A stretch of DNA of 63,066 bases, the filler included, from Reticulomyxa filosa (lineage: Eukaryota; Protista; Foraminifera): assembly GCA_000512085.1 (NCBI GenBank). It is 15 parts of 15 records of this genome, joined end to end, with 100 filler letters (N's around TTAATTAATTAA, not from the genome) between each part and the next. Parts side by side here need not be neighbours in the genome. Positions count along the whole stretch, not along the records: positions 19,275 to 30,248 come from ASPP01011237.1; positions 30,349 to 33,146 come from ASPP01008970.1; positions 33,247 to 34,809 come from ASPP01025213.1; 12 more parts are not named here. One strand, given 5' to 3'. This document shows, one piece after another, positions 20,587-34,780 of this stretch. Numbering within the stretch: the first letter of the stretch is position 1; every line of letters starts with the position of its first letter. The position numbers and the translations under genes are program-made. The notes beneath the pieces were generated by a model, which did not search any database, was not told the origin of the DNA, and was given only the letters and a program-made list of their open reading frames with translations.

Positions 20587-23460
20587 TAACCAAAGAGATT
20601 AACTTTTAACGATCTCAGAAAATGGAATACAATTCCGTCCCGTGGATTGGCTGGCTGAGCTACGCGAATTCGCTTTTGCGACAGCCTTGATTTCTGACAC
20701 ATATTCTTTTTTGACGCAAACATATTTGGGTACAATCGACGGCGGCAGTCTGTGCTTCGTACCCATTCTCCCATCGATCGACAGAGCGATATCTCCGAGT
20801 GCCGCATATCCCTGAGGCGGAATAGCTCTCCAGAAACTACAGCTGGCGAGAGCGTCACTGCTGGTAACTGTGATACACAACATATTTGTCGCGACAAATG
20901 TATACACATATATGCATATATATACATATATATATATATGTTTATAAAGTAACAATTGCTGGTTGGAATCAATGACCAAAGGCTAGCAACTTTGGATCGA
21001 CTGGCGTTTTTGTTATTCCATCCTGGCTTGTGCACACTCCAAATGCACTCAAATGCAAGGGGCTGCTTGAAGGCATACGGATCGGCCCCGCCAGTCTTTA
21101 GGACAAGCAGCTTGTAACCGTGAATGGAAGGGTATTGCCATTCGCCGATGGCAAGATGTCCCACGGTGTATTCGTCCGGTCCCAATACAGGCTCCCACAC
21201 GGAGCATCTATTGTTGGACATATCGCCGATGGTGTGGGATGACCATACGCAACGGAACACGGTAGCTTTGGACACAATCAACGGACTATCAACGACCAAC
21301 GGAATGCGACATAGTCTCATTATATCGGCCTTGTTCATGTGGTCCATACTCAATCCCTTCCCGCTTTGCCATGTCGATGCCGATTTCATTACACGCACAC
21401 TCATTGCCATTTCAACCAACACGGGGACGCCGGACACCAACTGCGGCTGTGGTCGCAACACGCACACATTCGAATCTTCGTTCACTGTCTCGCAGCTCAC
21501 GTAAGGGTATTGTCTTTGCACGTATTCTTCTCGCAAGCACGCGAGTTTGCTAACCAAGTGCTTTGTACTCGCCTCTTTTCAAATTATTGTGTCATGGAAA
21601 CCATTTTCAGACGTATTTAGTCCATTACAATTTGGAGGAGAGTGAAAAATAAATAAATATATATGTTGTAATGTTGGAAGTTACATACGTTCCGATAGAT
21701 ATTTCAAAGCGTGGTCAGTCAGACGGTCTTCTGGAATGGGACTCTTTAACTCCACTACAACCGATCCCAAAGCTTCATACCCTTTTGGCGGGACCACTTC
21801 GAACCAATATCGATATGCAAGTCCGGAAGAAGAGATCTTTTCGTCATGGACAAGCGATAAACTAGATTGTTGTTTTATTGTAGGTAAAGGGGTTTTTTTT
21901 TTTTTTTTTTTCGCATCTCTTTTGTTGTTGTTGTTGCATATGTAAGTTCCGATCAAACTTTGGAGGGAGTAGAAAACACATACACACATGCTATACATAT
22001 TACATAATGTAAACCTCTTTGGTGCAGCCAATGCATTAGAGTCAGCTCCATTTTGCACAATCAAACACGGGATGTTGCCATTTGGATTGACGTGGAAGTC
22101 GTGTCTGACATGGCCGAAGAAGTGCCAACGGTGTTGAGAAAAGGTGGTGTGCTTTGTTGCCTTCTCACTCAAATCTGGGCACCACAGAGACAAGCCATTT
22201 GTCTTGTTTTCTGTTTCGTTTTCCGCTTCTCCTTCTTTTCCTTTTTCTTCTGTTTTCGGATGCGATTGACATATCAATGAATAGCTCCAGCATACGTCAA
22301 TTTCAAATGGTGGTTTATTGTATAGCTTTTTCAATAATGTGCAAACCCACACTAGTTGTAACATTGATTATGTAGCTCTTTTTTTCATTCTCTCTTATTT
22401 GTACCTGCTCTGCAGTAATGGCATGTTCGTCGGTCAACTCATCGAAAGCATACTTTTCATCGTCGTTGTTTTCTTCACGACTGCTGTCTTCCAACTCCTC
22501 TGCTTGGCTAGGGCATTCTGGCGCTTGTCGCGCTGATACAAGTGGACTATTGGACGGATCGACAGGCCTCACAGATGTATTTTTTACAGACTCCATTTTT
22601 GGTCCATCGACTTGCAGCTTTCGTACACGACTCCACTTTCTTTTCCTTACAACATGTAGCTCCATATTGCATAAAGAGCTTACGTCATCGGATGAGTATT
22701 CTGTTAGTTTTCAATTACCCCCATATCCCACCCCAGAAAAAAGTGGAGTGATGTTCCAGCCTTTAAACAAAAATCAAAAATAATAACCTTTCGTGCTGTA
22801 TTGCCATCCTTCGTCATCTGTTGTTTTATCAACAATCAATCCCCAGTGGGCTTTCCACATCCAACCACTTGGTAATGCCTCATCCACATCTCGGAATGTC
22901 CTTTCCTCGTTCATGGACCGTCATGCAATACAAACACAAATATAAATATAAATATAAATATAAATATAAATATAAATATAAATATAAATATAAATATAAA
23001 TGTATATAAAAAAAACAGCAAAACATACAACTTTTTTTTGCCCTTTTTATCAGTATAGGATGGCGGATCGCCAAGTTGATAAGGAAGGGCCCATTGATGT
23101 CCCTCTCTTCTTTGATTTTCAATGATCTGTTCTTCAACTTCAATCGATCCTTCTTTCTGTGGTCGCACACGTACTCTTTTCCACACTCGTTGTCTTACAA
23201 AGTGCTTTTCTGCCATCTTGTCGAACCATGTGTTCACTTCATCGTAAGGGTGAAAGTGCTCCGAGTATCGCCATTCGGACACGGTCCAGACATGGCACCA
23301 TCGCCATTGATATTTCGGGTCCGCAATGTGCGGTAAAACTATGTTCTCTGGTTCTTCACTTTTCTGATACTTTGTGTCTGTGTAATGCAGTGGATCTGAT
23401 AATAGCATTGGACAAGGAATCCACCCCTTTTTCTTGTTTGGAGTACCATTTTTTTTTTTT
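19275..23460 (-). CDS. Large multi-exon protein: two DysF (dysferlin/peroxin)-like domains, Vps62/MABP-like repeats, PH domain and helical C-terminal region (3' truncated)
   Basis: WRWCHVWTVSEWRYS..FVRQRVWKR; LPSGWMWKAHW..TDDEGWQYS..VVRKRKWSR; CSVWEP..YTVGHL..P..FECIW and PPKGYEALGSVV; PH motif KKGYLSKKG...QKRYCVLT..ELSYY...NRTYHFETE..LEWVNAI. Confidence 0.7.
22940..23000. repeat. (TATAAA)n intronic microsatellite
   Basis: About ten perfect hexamer units are visible. Confidence 0.9.
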
Positions 23461-23987
23461 TATGGGCGTGTTTTATTTTTTAAGCAAAAAATCAACCAAC
23501 AAATGCATCATCAGCGATGCTCAGAAATATTCAAACAAGAACTTACAAGAATCCATCTCTCATTTTGCAATACAATTCCTAAATATATTTCCATTTTTTT
23601 TTTGTTTCGCTGGTTTTCCAAAAAAACTCATTTCTTTGTAGTTTTGAAAGTAAAATAATCAATTTTAAAAATAGCAGAAAAAAGATACCGTTATATTTCC
23701 TTTCTGTAACGACCTTTCTAAGCAGGTTAGGTTTTCTAGTTTACGAAATATCAAACCTTTGCAAACACAAATTTGCAATACTTGACAAAATAATTTTTTC
23801 TTCAAAAAATCAAGGCACGAACATGTATTGAAACAAGCCATAAAAGATATCGTACAATGTTTCGATTTAAAATTTGTACAAAGACTGACCACATGGACAG
23901 GGATTAATTTTTACATTTTTTTTAAAAGAAAAATCATTGTAACCAATGCTCAAAAGTTAAGACAGCTCCCTAAGAATGAGTAGACTT

Positions 23988-24797
23988 CTAGGAGTCCATT
24001 GGCTCAATTTTCCCTAAATTTTCAATGTGCAAACCCAAAGCGGCAACAGGAACAGAATGGGAGCGATGCAAAGAGTAGTCCAACTGTAGTAAAGAGCTCC
24101 AAAAACCAAGGTTCGGATAAACAAAACTTCTTTTTGAGCGAACATGTGTGAAAGCTTGACACAAAGTCCAATTGAAAAATTTCATTACAAATGCAATACA
24201 AATCGTGGCACTACGTGATACACCGGCACTGCAATGCAATAACACTTTATGTTTTACTTGTATTTTTTTTGTAATGAGCTCGATTGTTTCAGGTAACAAT
24301 TTTTCCAGTACTTTGGAGTCTTTGGAAGTGTCGTTCAGTCCATTGAAAATATGCACCTCCATTCCAAACTCTTTTTTGTATTTGTCAGAGTCTACTGATA
24401 CGTCATTTCCAGCACAATTCAAAAGACATTGAATACCATTTGCCACAATGAATGAACTTTTTTTGCTGCTGTCACTTTCCGAAGCATCGCCCATTGTTGC
24501 TATGAAAGAGCCACTCAAATAGAGCGATCCCTCAATGATCTCGCTTACTGCACTGGCTCCACTATTACAACCTTTCATATTCGGATAAGGATAAAAAAAA
24601 CCAACAATCGATTTGTCTTCGAGTTCTTTTGAAATCTCTGCAATTTTGTCGTGCTTTGCTCTTTCACATTTTTCAAAGTATTCCAAGCTCGTGTTGCAAA
24701 TTTCACAATTCAAAGAACTCGCTTTATTTACGAATGTACAGCCTGGACAAGTCCATTTGTCAACTACATTTTCTTTTTCTTCATTGGAAGAGGACAT
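23988..24797 (-). CDS. Dual-specificity phosphatase with N-terminal RanBP2/NZF zinc finger
   Basis: WTCPGCTFVN.....CEIC; EIIEGSLYLSG; catalytic HCSAGVSRSAT; VRSKR..VYPNLGF. Intact single ORF. Confidence 0.92.
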   Translation of the reverse strand: MSSSNEEKENVVDKWTCPGCTFVNKASSLNCEICNTSLEYFEKCERAKHDKIAEISKELEDKSIVGFFYPYPNMKGCNSGASAVSEIIEGSLYLSGSFIATMGDASESDSSKKSSFIVANGIQCLLNCAGNDVSVDSDKYKKEFGMEVHIFNGLNDTSKDSKVLEKLLPETIELITKKIQVKHKVLLHCSAGVSRSATICIAFVMKFFNWTLCQAFTHVRSKRSFVYPNLGFWSSLLQLDYSLHRSHSVPVAALGLHIENLGKIEPMDS

Positions 24798-25519
24798 TTA
24801 AATTGATTGTAAGTTTTTTTTTGGCTTGTCCCCTTCTGTGCTAACAAAAAAAAAGCAGTTCACTTTTTTTTCCCTGTAAAAACGTGAAATTATAATTATA
24901 TAAGATGAATTTATTGTCTGTGTGAACAATTGTTTAAATTATTCGACGTCTATATCTTGTGGACTAGAACGATAAAATATAGATCAAAACAAGCACAAAT
25001 ATGTAAAGACAACAACAATTTGATTGATCCTTGCAACAACAAAAAAGAAAAACCGAAGCCGTAGTGTTGGTGACGCAAGTGTTGGGGGAAAGTCATCAAT
25101 AATAAGTTTGATTATTTGGAAGAAAAAAAGTAAAAAGGAGTTACAAACACAAAACAAAAGTTGAAGAACTGCACCAAACAAAATAAACAAAACCCGAATT
25201 TTTACAACAATTAAAAACTGAACAATGAGGACCTTTACGGTGGCATCAAGCATTCCAAAAGAGGCAAGTCAGGCAAAGAGAAAAAAAAGCATAAAATGGT
25301 AAAGAACATTGAGAAAACTACTTACGTACAAACAATCGACGTTAGCAAGGAGAGATACAACAAAGAGAAAGTGTATGTACACACACAAGTGGTTATGCAA
25401 TATATATAAATATATATTCCTTATTGATCACATATTCAAACTACCACATTTTTCATTTAACATACAATACAAAGATAAAAACAATAAAATATTTCTTTTT
25501 TTTTTTTTTTTTTAATACA

Positions 25520-26057
25520 GTGTACAATTTTGAAAGAACCAAAGGATATTAATTTTCATCATCATCAACATCAACGACAAACTCCTATAATCAACAGATT
25601 CAAAACAAGATATATATATTTTTTTAAGTAAGATATTGTCATATACGTACTTGTGACAGGTCTTGATCCAACACAAGGCTTGAGCGGTCTGTGATTTGAT
25701 TGCCATCGCTCAAGCGTGACCTGTTGGGAGGAGGATCCCACTGCTCTTTGGCGCCATGCTGCGGCGCAAAAGACATTTGAAACATCATCTGACGTGCACC
25801 CGATGGAGAGGAAGTGGTTATCGTCTTGCTTTTTTTTGCGTGGCCTTTGGACGCGGATAATGGCATCGGAACAGAGCGACGAGTCGAGAGAGGAGAGTTT
25901 TGATGCGACTTTACAATGGCCGTATTCATGCTATTTGCATATATGCTACCGTTCGTTTGTTCACTTTGAGTTTTTTGGCTGTCTTCGTTTTCCATTGCCT
26001 TTTGTTCCACCGGTATATTTGAACGAGGAGATAGTCCATGGCCAGTCTTTTTAACAA

Positions 26058-26088
<31 letters not shown>

Positions 26089-26735
26089 AATGTATGAATA
26101 TATGTATATTATTTTGTGATTAACAGGAATTGGAAATGAATTTGGCAAATGTGGAAACTCGTGGAGATGTGTTGCGTGCAGAGGCAATTGCGTATGCAAA
26201 GAATTCGGCTTGCTTTCATTGGGCAAAAGTTGATCGACGCTTTTGAATGATTTTTTAAAATAATATGTAGTTATTTATTGGAGTGATTTAATAATGTAAC
26301 TTTTTTTTTTTGAAAAAAAAAAAATGTAACTTGGAAATAGACAAAGCGACGGCATCTTCGTCGACAAAAGCTTGCTGCTGTTTTGCGTGAAAATGACTTT
26401 GAGCAACCCTTTGATGGGCTTGGAGTTCCTGCATTCGCAACGAGCTGTCGTAGGTGTCCATCAATCCGCGGTTCCATTCCGCGAGATTCATTTCCTGTTG
26501 CAGAGAGTCATCGCTGACACCTCGACTGCGCTGGGGAGCCTGCGGACCAGACGTCTTGTCATTTTGCACGTGCCCCGTATTGGGTGGATTGATACCTTTG
26601 AACGTGCCACTCAAACTCGGGCTGATGTGACTGCCCAATCCACTGCCACTCCTTTGGTTCCTTGCGCTTGGCACGCTTCCACTGTCATGAGAACTCGGAT
26701 ACGATATTACTTGTTGTTGTTGTTGTTGTAATTGT

Positions 26736-26767
<32 letters not shown>

Positions 26768-29187
26768 ATATTGATGTTGATGATATTGTTGTTGTTGCTG
26801 TGAGAGCCGACGCTTACCAGACTCACCCATATTTGTATCCTTCTCCAATTGATCTTCCTTTCCAACACTCATCCTAGCAGTGGAGAATTCTCCGCCGGCA
26901 CTGGGTCTCGGACTCGATGGTGCAGTTGCAGTGATGGTCGGAGGCCTGGTCATAGGCGGCGTATTGCCAATGGCGGAGTGGTGCATGACCACATTGGCGA
27001 TATCGTCGACTTGTATTCCATCGATCAACGAGTCGTTCATGACACTTCTGCGCGCATCGATTTCATTCAGTCGCATGCTCGTGTCTGTCACTGATGCCTT
27101 GTCCTTGTCCTCCAGTCTCATTGGCTTTGGCAGCTCGACGTCCTCGTCCTCTTCGATCAGTGTAACCTGACATTCGTCGATATTGCTATCATTGTGGCCG
27201 AGGTCGCGTTCGTCCTCTCCATCTCTGTCATCATCGTCATCATCATCATCATTGTCATTATTATTGTTATCATTCTTTCGTTTGCGCTCGCCATGTTGGT
27301 TGTCGTCATTTGCCTTATCGCCACTCGCGAAAGTGTGATCGAACATCATGGTCGCCGTGATCTCTTCGATGACCACTTGTGATGCGTCCTTCATTTCGCT
27401 CTTTGGACTTGCCACTTTGTTGCCATTCACATGGCCGTTCATCTCTCCGTTTGTCCGCGACTTGCCGGCACTCGCTTCGTCTGTCGTCTTTACTTTGTGT
27501 TGCATCGCCATCTCGTTCGACTGACGCGCCGTCGACATTGCAGGCAACACCGTTTCGTTTGTCACTGGCATTACCATTTTCGACATCTTGTTTTCTGCGT
27601 CATTGTCGCTCCCTGCTTTCTCTCCTTCTGTCATTTCTTTTCATTTACAAGAAGAATTTGTCCAATCCAATACATGCCAAATATTTTTTTTAAAAAAAAA
27701 AAAATGCACCAAAAAAAAAAAAATATTTTCTAAAAAAAATATGTATATATAAGTACTAACTGGGAATATCCTTTTCAACATTGTGCTGGAGGATAGCAAA
27801 CATTCGTGCCATGACGTGAATGTCCAAAGGCCATTGATTCGGAAACCAAAACAACTTTGAAGCGAAAAAACTTTGCTGCTGTTGGGAGATGGGATCAGTA
27901 ACAACTGCACCATCGCGGGTCTCCAACTTTTGTGTTTGTGCATCACTGACAACTGGAGGGCAGAAGGAAGAGAAGAGATGCATTGAGTCCAAGTCGGTTT
28001 GCAGTTTTAAATCAAAATCGCACTTTCCTCGCAACAAATGACACGCGATGCGAATTTTCTCTTGACATAACAGAAATACCAACACGTTCACCAAAAGCAA
28101 GTCCCATTCCCAAGCCAATAGCAAGAAATACATCACTTCCCATCTCTTTGAAAAACACGCAACTGCACATAACACCGCGTGACAGAGATTGCAGCCAGTT
28201 TGTGTCATATACGCCACCATATGGGTATACGTTTGTTCTTTGATCTCGTGTGCAATGGATCCAGTCAAATGCAATGTATTATTTACATTCGAATTAAAAC
28301 TCTTTTATGTTGTCGTTTTTTTAGAAAAAGTATTTTTTAGTACAATCTGTACATGTTTTGTTTTTTTTTTTTTTTGGTTGATTTCCATCGTACAACAAGA
28401 TCCAAAAAAAAATTATTAACTTTCCAAAAAATGTACACGAATCCAACTCCGTAAAGAAAATCCCCCGTCATGACCCCAACGATAAAGAACCATCCAGGAA
28501 TTTGCACCATGCACGTTGAGGTGTTGGAACTGCTTGCCCAATACACGCCAAGCAAGACGCATGATAATATGCAATGAAAGCCCTTTGTGGCAATTTTTTT
28601 TGGTATACGTTACCTCTTGGGTGGATTCAATGTACTCCTTTCTTTCTTTTTTTAACCCTCTTCCACATCTCCCTTCCCCTCTATTTTGTCCAAGAGAAAA
28701 AAAAAAAGTGATCCTCCTCTCATTTTCTCCCAGCAAAGATATATGTGTATGTTGTTTCTGCTCCTTAAAAATAATACCAAAAATAGGTGCCTTGTTTGTC
28801 CAATATGTCCAGCTTGGGTATAAAGTGTAAATGAGTGTTTGACCACGTATAAATGAAAAAAACCAAATGCAATACTTAGCAACGCATTTGCATACCAACG
28901 AAAAAATAACAACGCCAGAACACATGAACTGAAGACGGTTTATGTCCTGGTGCTGAGCATGGTATAAACTGTTTAGAATCATCAATGCAACACAGCCAAT
29001 ACTTGTCAAAACAAGTGCTGCTGTGAATGCTCCAAACGCAGCTGGTAGTTTGCAGCATTTCGTTTTGTGTACCCAAAATACTTGCCAAAACCACACTAAT
29101 AATAAAGGCACATTCAAACAAAACGCTATTACTTGAAAGATTTCTCCAATATCAACATACTTCTTTGAGATGTTTAAACCTGCCATG
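25520..29187 (-). CDS. Multi-pass (7TM/GPCR-like) membrane protein with long acidic/Gln-rich cytoplasmic tail, multi-exon
   Basis: Hydrophobic helices in ORFs 28416-29207 and 28337-28555, followed by low-complexity ORFs 26288-27634 and 25639-26060. A single-gene model is inferred; ends are approximate. Confidence 0.5.
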
Positions 29188-30348
29188 CGTTGCAAAATAT
29201 CGCACAACTTTCCCCCGTCTTCAAAAAAAAAAACAGCAAATCGGTCTGCGCTTGACTTTCATTTTTTGCTTAATTTTTTCATATACAAAACAAACAAGTT
29301 TTATACAAATTTAAACGTAATGGACAAAAATATAACTCGTAAAGAATTTTATACAATGAAATAGCATTGAACTCATAACCTTTTCGTTGAATGAAAAGTT
29401 CTACGAGAAAAGAGTTTGAGTAGATTAAAAGTGCCGTTTCATCTTGATTGGCGACATTAGCGCTAAGATTGTTGATTCATTTTCTGGGTTTTTTGTATTA
29501 CTTGCACGACAAAAAGCGTAAGACGACCCTCCATTTTCTTTCTGTGTGGAGCAACACTCAAAATGTGTTTTTCCCCCTCCAAAATTGAAACAAAAAAAAA
29601 CCAAAACGTTGCCACACAGAGTTTTGCTTTGGTTTCTTGGGACTGTGTCTGGTTGTTTCTGTTAACAATAGTCACAGATTGGTTTTCAGTTTTACCAGTT
29701 TTGTCTCGCTTTTGTTCGTTTCTTGATATGTTTTCTATGTTTTTTTTTCCGTCAGACCACGACGCAAAGCCAAATGGCTTGAATAGATATTTTTAGTGAT
29801 TTTGTTTTGTTTTTTTAAAAAAGTTTTAATACGTATAAGCAGCAATAAACAAACATTGGTTGCAATTTTGAATGTTTTGAGGATTGGTTGTTGTTTTCAT
29901 CACACCCGATAGATTGAAGCAGCTGAGGCTACAAAAAAAAAATATACATATATAAATAAAAAATTCAATGAGCAATCCACCTTTGATCCAATCGTTTGAA
30001 TTTGATGTGCCTCCGAAATGTATTTTCGGACAAAAGTCGACAACAACGGTACCGCAATTATTGCGAGGAAATGTTTGTGTTGAAACAGGCCACCCTCCTT
30101 CCAGTTCTTTGTTCTTCCGTTGCACTTTTTTTTTTTTTTGGAAACATTTGAAAACGACTAACTCGGACATACCGTTTACAAAAAAAAAAAAATTGAATGT
30201 TAATAAATACAATAGCCCCTGAAAAAAGAGCAGGGAAGCAGCTTGCGANNNNNNNNNNNNNNNNNNNNNNNNNNNNNNNNNNNNNNNNNNNNTTAATTAA
30301 TTAANNNNNNNNNNNNNNNNNNNNNNNNNNNNNNNNNNNNNNNNNNNN

Positions 30349-33146
30349 CCGTCCGAGTTCTTTGAAAAATCAGTGGATATCCATTCCAAATCTTTATACT
30401 TGAGTGATCCATTTTGAAGGTCCCTGCACATCCATCCAGATGAGACACAAAATAAATTGAATAATGAGAGTTTCCTCTTCTTTTTTTTTTTTTTCCAATA
30501 AATAAAAAAAAAAAAAAAGTGATTGCAAACCTGCTTAAAACATTCCCATGTATGATTCATATTATCAAACGTTTTGTTAAAAATAGAGAAAGGTTTTTGA
30601 TTCATAATTGATTTACATTGCGTATTGCATTTTTCCCACATTTTCTGGAACATCAAACTTTGACTCCGTTCCAATATGATTTTCATTTTTTCTTCACACG
30701 ATTGCAATAGCTGGATTTCATCTTTATAATTGTCTTTCACATTTACAAAAACTTGAGCTTCCCAACTATCGCTCTGTTGTTCAAATTCCTTCAATCGATC
30801 TGACAAATCATATTCCAACAAATAATCGCTGTGTATACTTTTGAATATGCGAAGCAATTCGAAAAATTGTTGATACTCGTTCACAATTTCCTCCAGTTTT
30901 TGTAATGATGACTTTAAATCCATTGAACAATGAGAAGAAATGTCTTTAATCTCATTCTGATGTTGCATTAAATATTTGTGAATATTAATAGAAAGAAGAG
31001 AGTCATTTGTGACTAACTGTGTCAACACTTTGCTGAAAAAAGTGGACAACTCCATTTGCATTGAATTTTCTCGTTCAAACCATAATCGACACTCAAAGCA
31101 GTAACTCAAATTTGAACAAAGTTTGTCACTTACAGGCTCTTCTTTTTTTTCATCCAAATCTCCTATCTTTGGAATGTTGTTAATGTTATTAAATATTTGT
31201 GGCCACAATTCCCAATTCACTGTTGCACATATGCCAATTTCCTCCAAGGTCCACTTCTTATTGTTCATCGACAGTTCATCGTGCCTTTCATTCACGCTTT
31301 CTTTCAGACGTGGATGATACAGCCTAGCCTTTGCAAATGTATCGGAGGACACCAACTCGATCACTTTGGAGTGAAATGGTACGTCTTGAGAAGCGTCCCT
31401 CTCTTCCTCCTTGTTACGTAGCCATTTGATTAGTGAAGATTGGAGTGCTTTCGAGAAGACACTATGATTACTTATCATACTCGAATCTGCCAATAATTCA
31501 ATCCAAAATACGCGATTTTTTTTAATTTTTTTAAAAGTAATTGCAATATGTTGCTTGTTAAAATGTGCTTTTCATTTGTTTTTTCATTGTTTGCTATTCG
31601 CTTTTTTTATTGTTGTTGGACATTTCACGTTTAAAGACACATACACATATACATACATGTACATGTACATGTATATGTACATGTATATGTACAAATATGT
31701 ACAAAACAAAAAAACGAAACAGTCCATAGCAACTTTAACATTATAATCAACCCTTCACCTTCCATTTGATTACTATCATAAAAGAGTTCAATTACCTCTA
31801 TTATATTATCTCCATTGTTCCATCTATTCACACAAAAAAAGAAGACATATTTTATCATTTGTGTAAAAAAGAAGTGTGTGTGTGTGTTTATGTGACACCA
31901 ATAAACGTACATGCTCGATTGCTGTTGTACAAAGTGTAAGAATTGGAGACGTTTGAAGGTGACTTCACAATCATAGATTGAAATTCATTGGATGTAAAAT
32001 TGCGCAAGAGCGTAGCAGAGATATCCGTAAAATCCTCGATACATTGTTGCATTTTACTAATGAATGCGTCCCACTTATCAAACTGTGTTTCATACAATCG
32101 CTGAAAAATAGACCAGCATTCACCACGGTTCCATAATTGCTTCCACGGATTGGATTTTTTTATTTTGTCGAACTTAGTGTTGTCGAGCAACAATTGCACA
32201 GTGACATCAGCGAATTGAGGATAAGATTGCAATAAATTGATCAGGTGCTTTTCAATAGAGATTTTGGGAGGAAATTCATTCTTCTTTCGCAAATGCAAAT
32301 CTAAGATAAGTACTTCCTCCAAAATGGTGTTGTCAATGGAATGTAATTTATCACTACCAAAATCAATATTCTGAAAAACCTGACTAAAAGGCAGATACTG
32401 TTGATATCCAATTCTCTGTATCACAGTGACAGGTAATTGAAACAGGAATAGCATAAATTTTTCGAATGAAGTGCAGCGAGATTTTCTTTCAGTTTTGTGC
32501 GACGCAGGTGCATTGGTAGTATCAAAGATACCGAAATTATACTCTAGAATTTCAAATACAGACAAGTGAAGTGGCTCTGTTGGCTTCGCTTTGGCAAGAA
32601 TGTTAATAGCAACAAACAGTTGTTTTACTGATAGCCATTGCTTCATGTCCCACTCTTTCCAAAGTGTGCATACAAATAGTGCTTGATACACCTAATGGAT
32701 TTTTGTTCATTTTTTTTTTTTTTTTTTTTACCTTATCTTTTCCACATTAATCCCAAAAAAAAAAAAAAAAACTCACAACAAAGAAAAAAAAGAATGCATG
32801 TCAATACTTGTTCGCAAATTGCATCGAGTTGATCCAACTTTGGAGTGATGTCAATCGATGCAGCTTTGATATCAGATTCGGAGGGAGTAAGTCGCACTTT
32901 TAAATCCTTGACAATAGTCACAGCAAAGCAAAAAGATGACTCATCCTTGATTTCATGAATCAAATGTCTGAAAATCTCCACATGTTTGATGTTAGTTGTC
33001 GATGTTCCCATTATGTGACTTAATACTGCCACACGTGTTTGGTTCGATTTGGATCGCTCCACAACAATGACCTGAGCAGAAGCAGGAATGGTAGCAGTTG
33101 CAACTTTTCTTCCGCGATTGAATATATTGCACAATAATTGAGAGTC
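30349..33146 (-). CDS. Internal fragment of a large helical hypothetical protein
   Basis: Consecutive long minus-strand ORFs (32733-33134, 31888-32691, 30297-31493) are separated by T-rich or microsatellite introns. No recognisable motif. Confidence 0.65.
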
Positions 33147-33278
33147 NNNNNNNNNNNNNNNNNNNNNNNNNNNNNNNNNNNNNNNNNNNNTTAATTAATT
33201 AANNNNNNNNNNNNNNNNNNNNNNNNNNNNNNNNNNNNNNNNNNNNATATCGCAAATAACCGAAATGTTGTAAAGGAA

Positions 33279-34780
33279 TCATTGATGCTTGTATCCTTTT
33301 TTTTTTTGGCTGGCTATTTCACAATATTTGTTATACTTGGCTCTCCCGTAAATCGTAATTCCGCTCCTTCTTTGATGCTTTGCCATCCTGTGTAGAGTTA
33401 CATTGACTGATTGAATTTCATTTGAACTGCCCCCTACTATTTTCGTTGAAGGATAATCATCCGCATAGACTTGTTCGCCATCAACGTATACATATACAAG
33501 TCTTTCCAATGATTCGGGTGCCAATCTCTTGATATTATTGCCACACTCGTCCAGCAATTCCATTGGGGGGGGGGGGGGTGGCACTATGGAATTCGTCCAT
33601 ATCTGCGAACGCGCAAAACCGCCACTCGTGTTCATAACGAGCAATTTCATAATTAAACGCAGCAAAAGCCTACAAACTTTTTTTTAAAAAAACAAAAACA
33701 AATCCAACGCGGTACAGCATCCGGACTCTTGAAATACCCTTTCTTTGCTTCTTCTCCTTTTTTGCCAGTGATCTTGGCTTCGTTTCGTATGATTTCTGGC
33801 CATTCCCACATATCGAAAGATCATAACAAGTCTTGGTTTTCATTTATTTTGGCAGCTTGATTTTGTGGTCATGAAGCGCCAAGATCCAGGTTGTCTTGGA
33901 CAAACTTTATCAAATTAATCCAAATATTCCAACTCTACCACCAAAGCCAGTTCGCAATGGCCGCCCTTGTGACGAGGGCACTTCCAACCACTTTTTCTTG
34001 TTCTTGTTCGTCGGCGGTCGGAGGTTGTTTGCTGTTCCGATTCCAATCTCGATATTTTATTAGCTCTTTCTTTCCGCGCCATTAGAATTGTCACTGTTTC
34101 CACTTTTTGAGCCCATAGAAGAGATCTTCGTCTTGGATGTGCCTATTGTTGTTGTTGAACGTTCGCTATCACATTCAAAAATAGAGACATCATTGTCAAC
34201 AAGCATTCACTTACGATCACTACCATTGCATATGAAGTCAGGCCGCTCTTTTCCCGTTACGAAGATATCAGGACGAACTACAAACAGCTCACAAAATTCG
34301 ATTACCGCTACCAACCAGTTTCGCTTTATTGGAGCAAGTCCTTCCAATGATTCAGTCAGGTTACCACTTTCTTGATATTGCAACACCCGTCATGCAGTTC
34401 CATTGAGGCGCTCTATGATAAGCTATGCATATTTGAGAACACGCAAAATCGCCATTTGCTGGTCTTTACCCATATAAAGCATAGAAAAAACAAACAAACA
34501 AAAACCAACGAAGTATCACCTAATATTGTGATCCACTTTCTTCGAGTTTTCTTCTTCATTTTTGCCAGCATCTTGGCCCCACATTACTCCAACAAATTGA
34601 GCCAAACTTATACATTGATTTCTTCAACTAACACCAAACGAATTCTCACTTGTAACGTTTGCCACTTCGATCAAACTTTCTTGGTCGTCGCAGCAATAAG
34701 ATTAGCGCTTGTTCTGGCGCTTTTACGGGTATTTTCCCGTCTTTTTCCCAACACTTTCCCCTCTTTTTTCTCTTTTTTCA
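33279..34780 (-). pseudogene. Degenerate coding sequence, possibly BTB/BACK-related
   Basis: Coding-like composition with stops in all frames. HIQDEDLFYGLKKW loosely resembles a BACK-domain helix. Confidence 0.25.
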
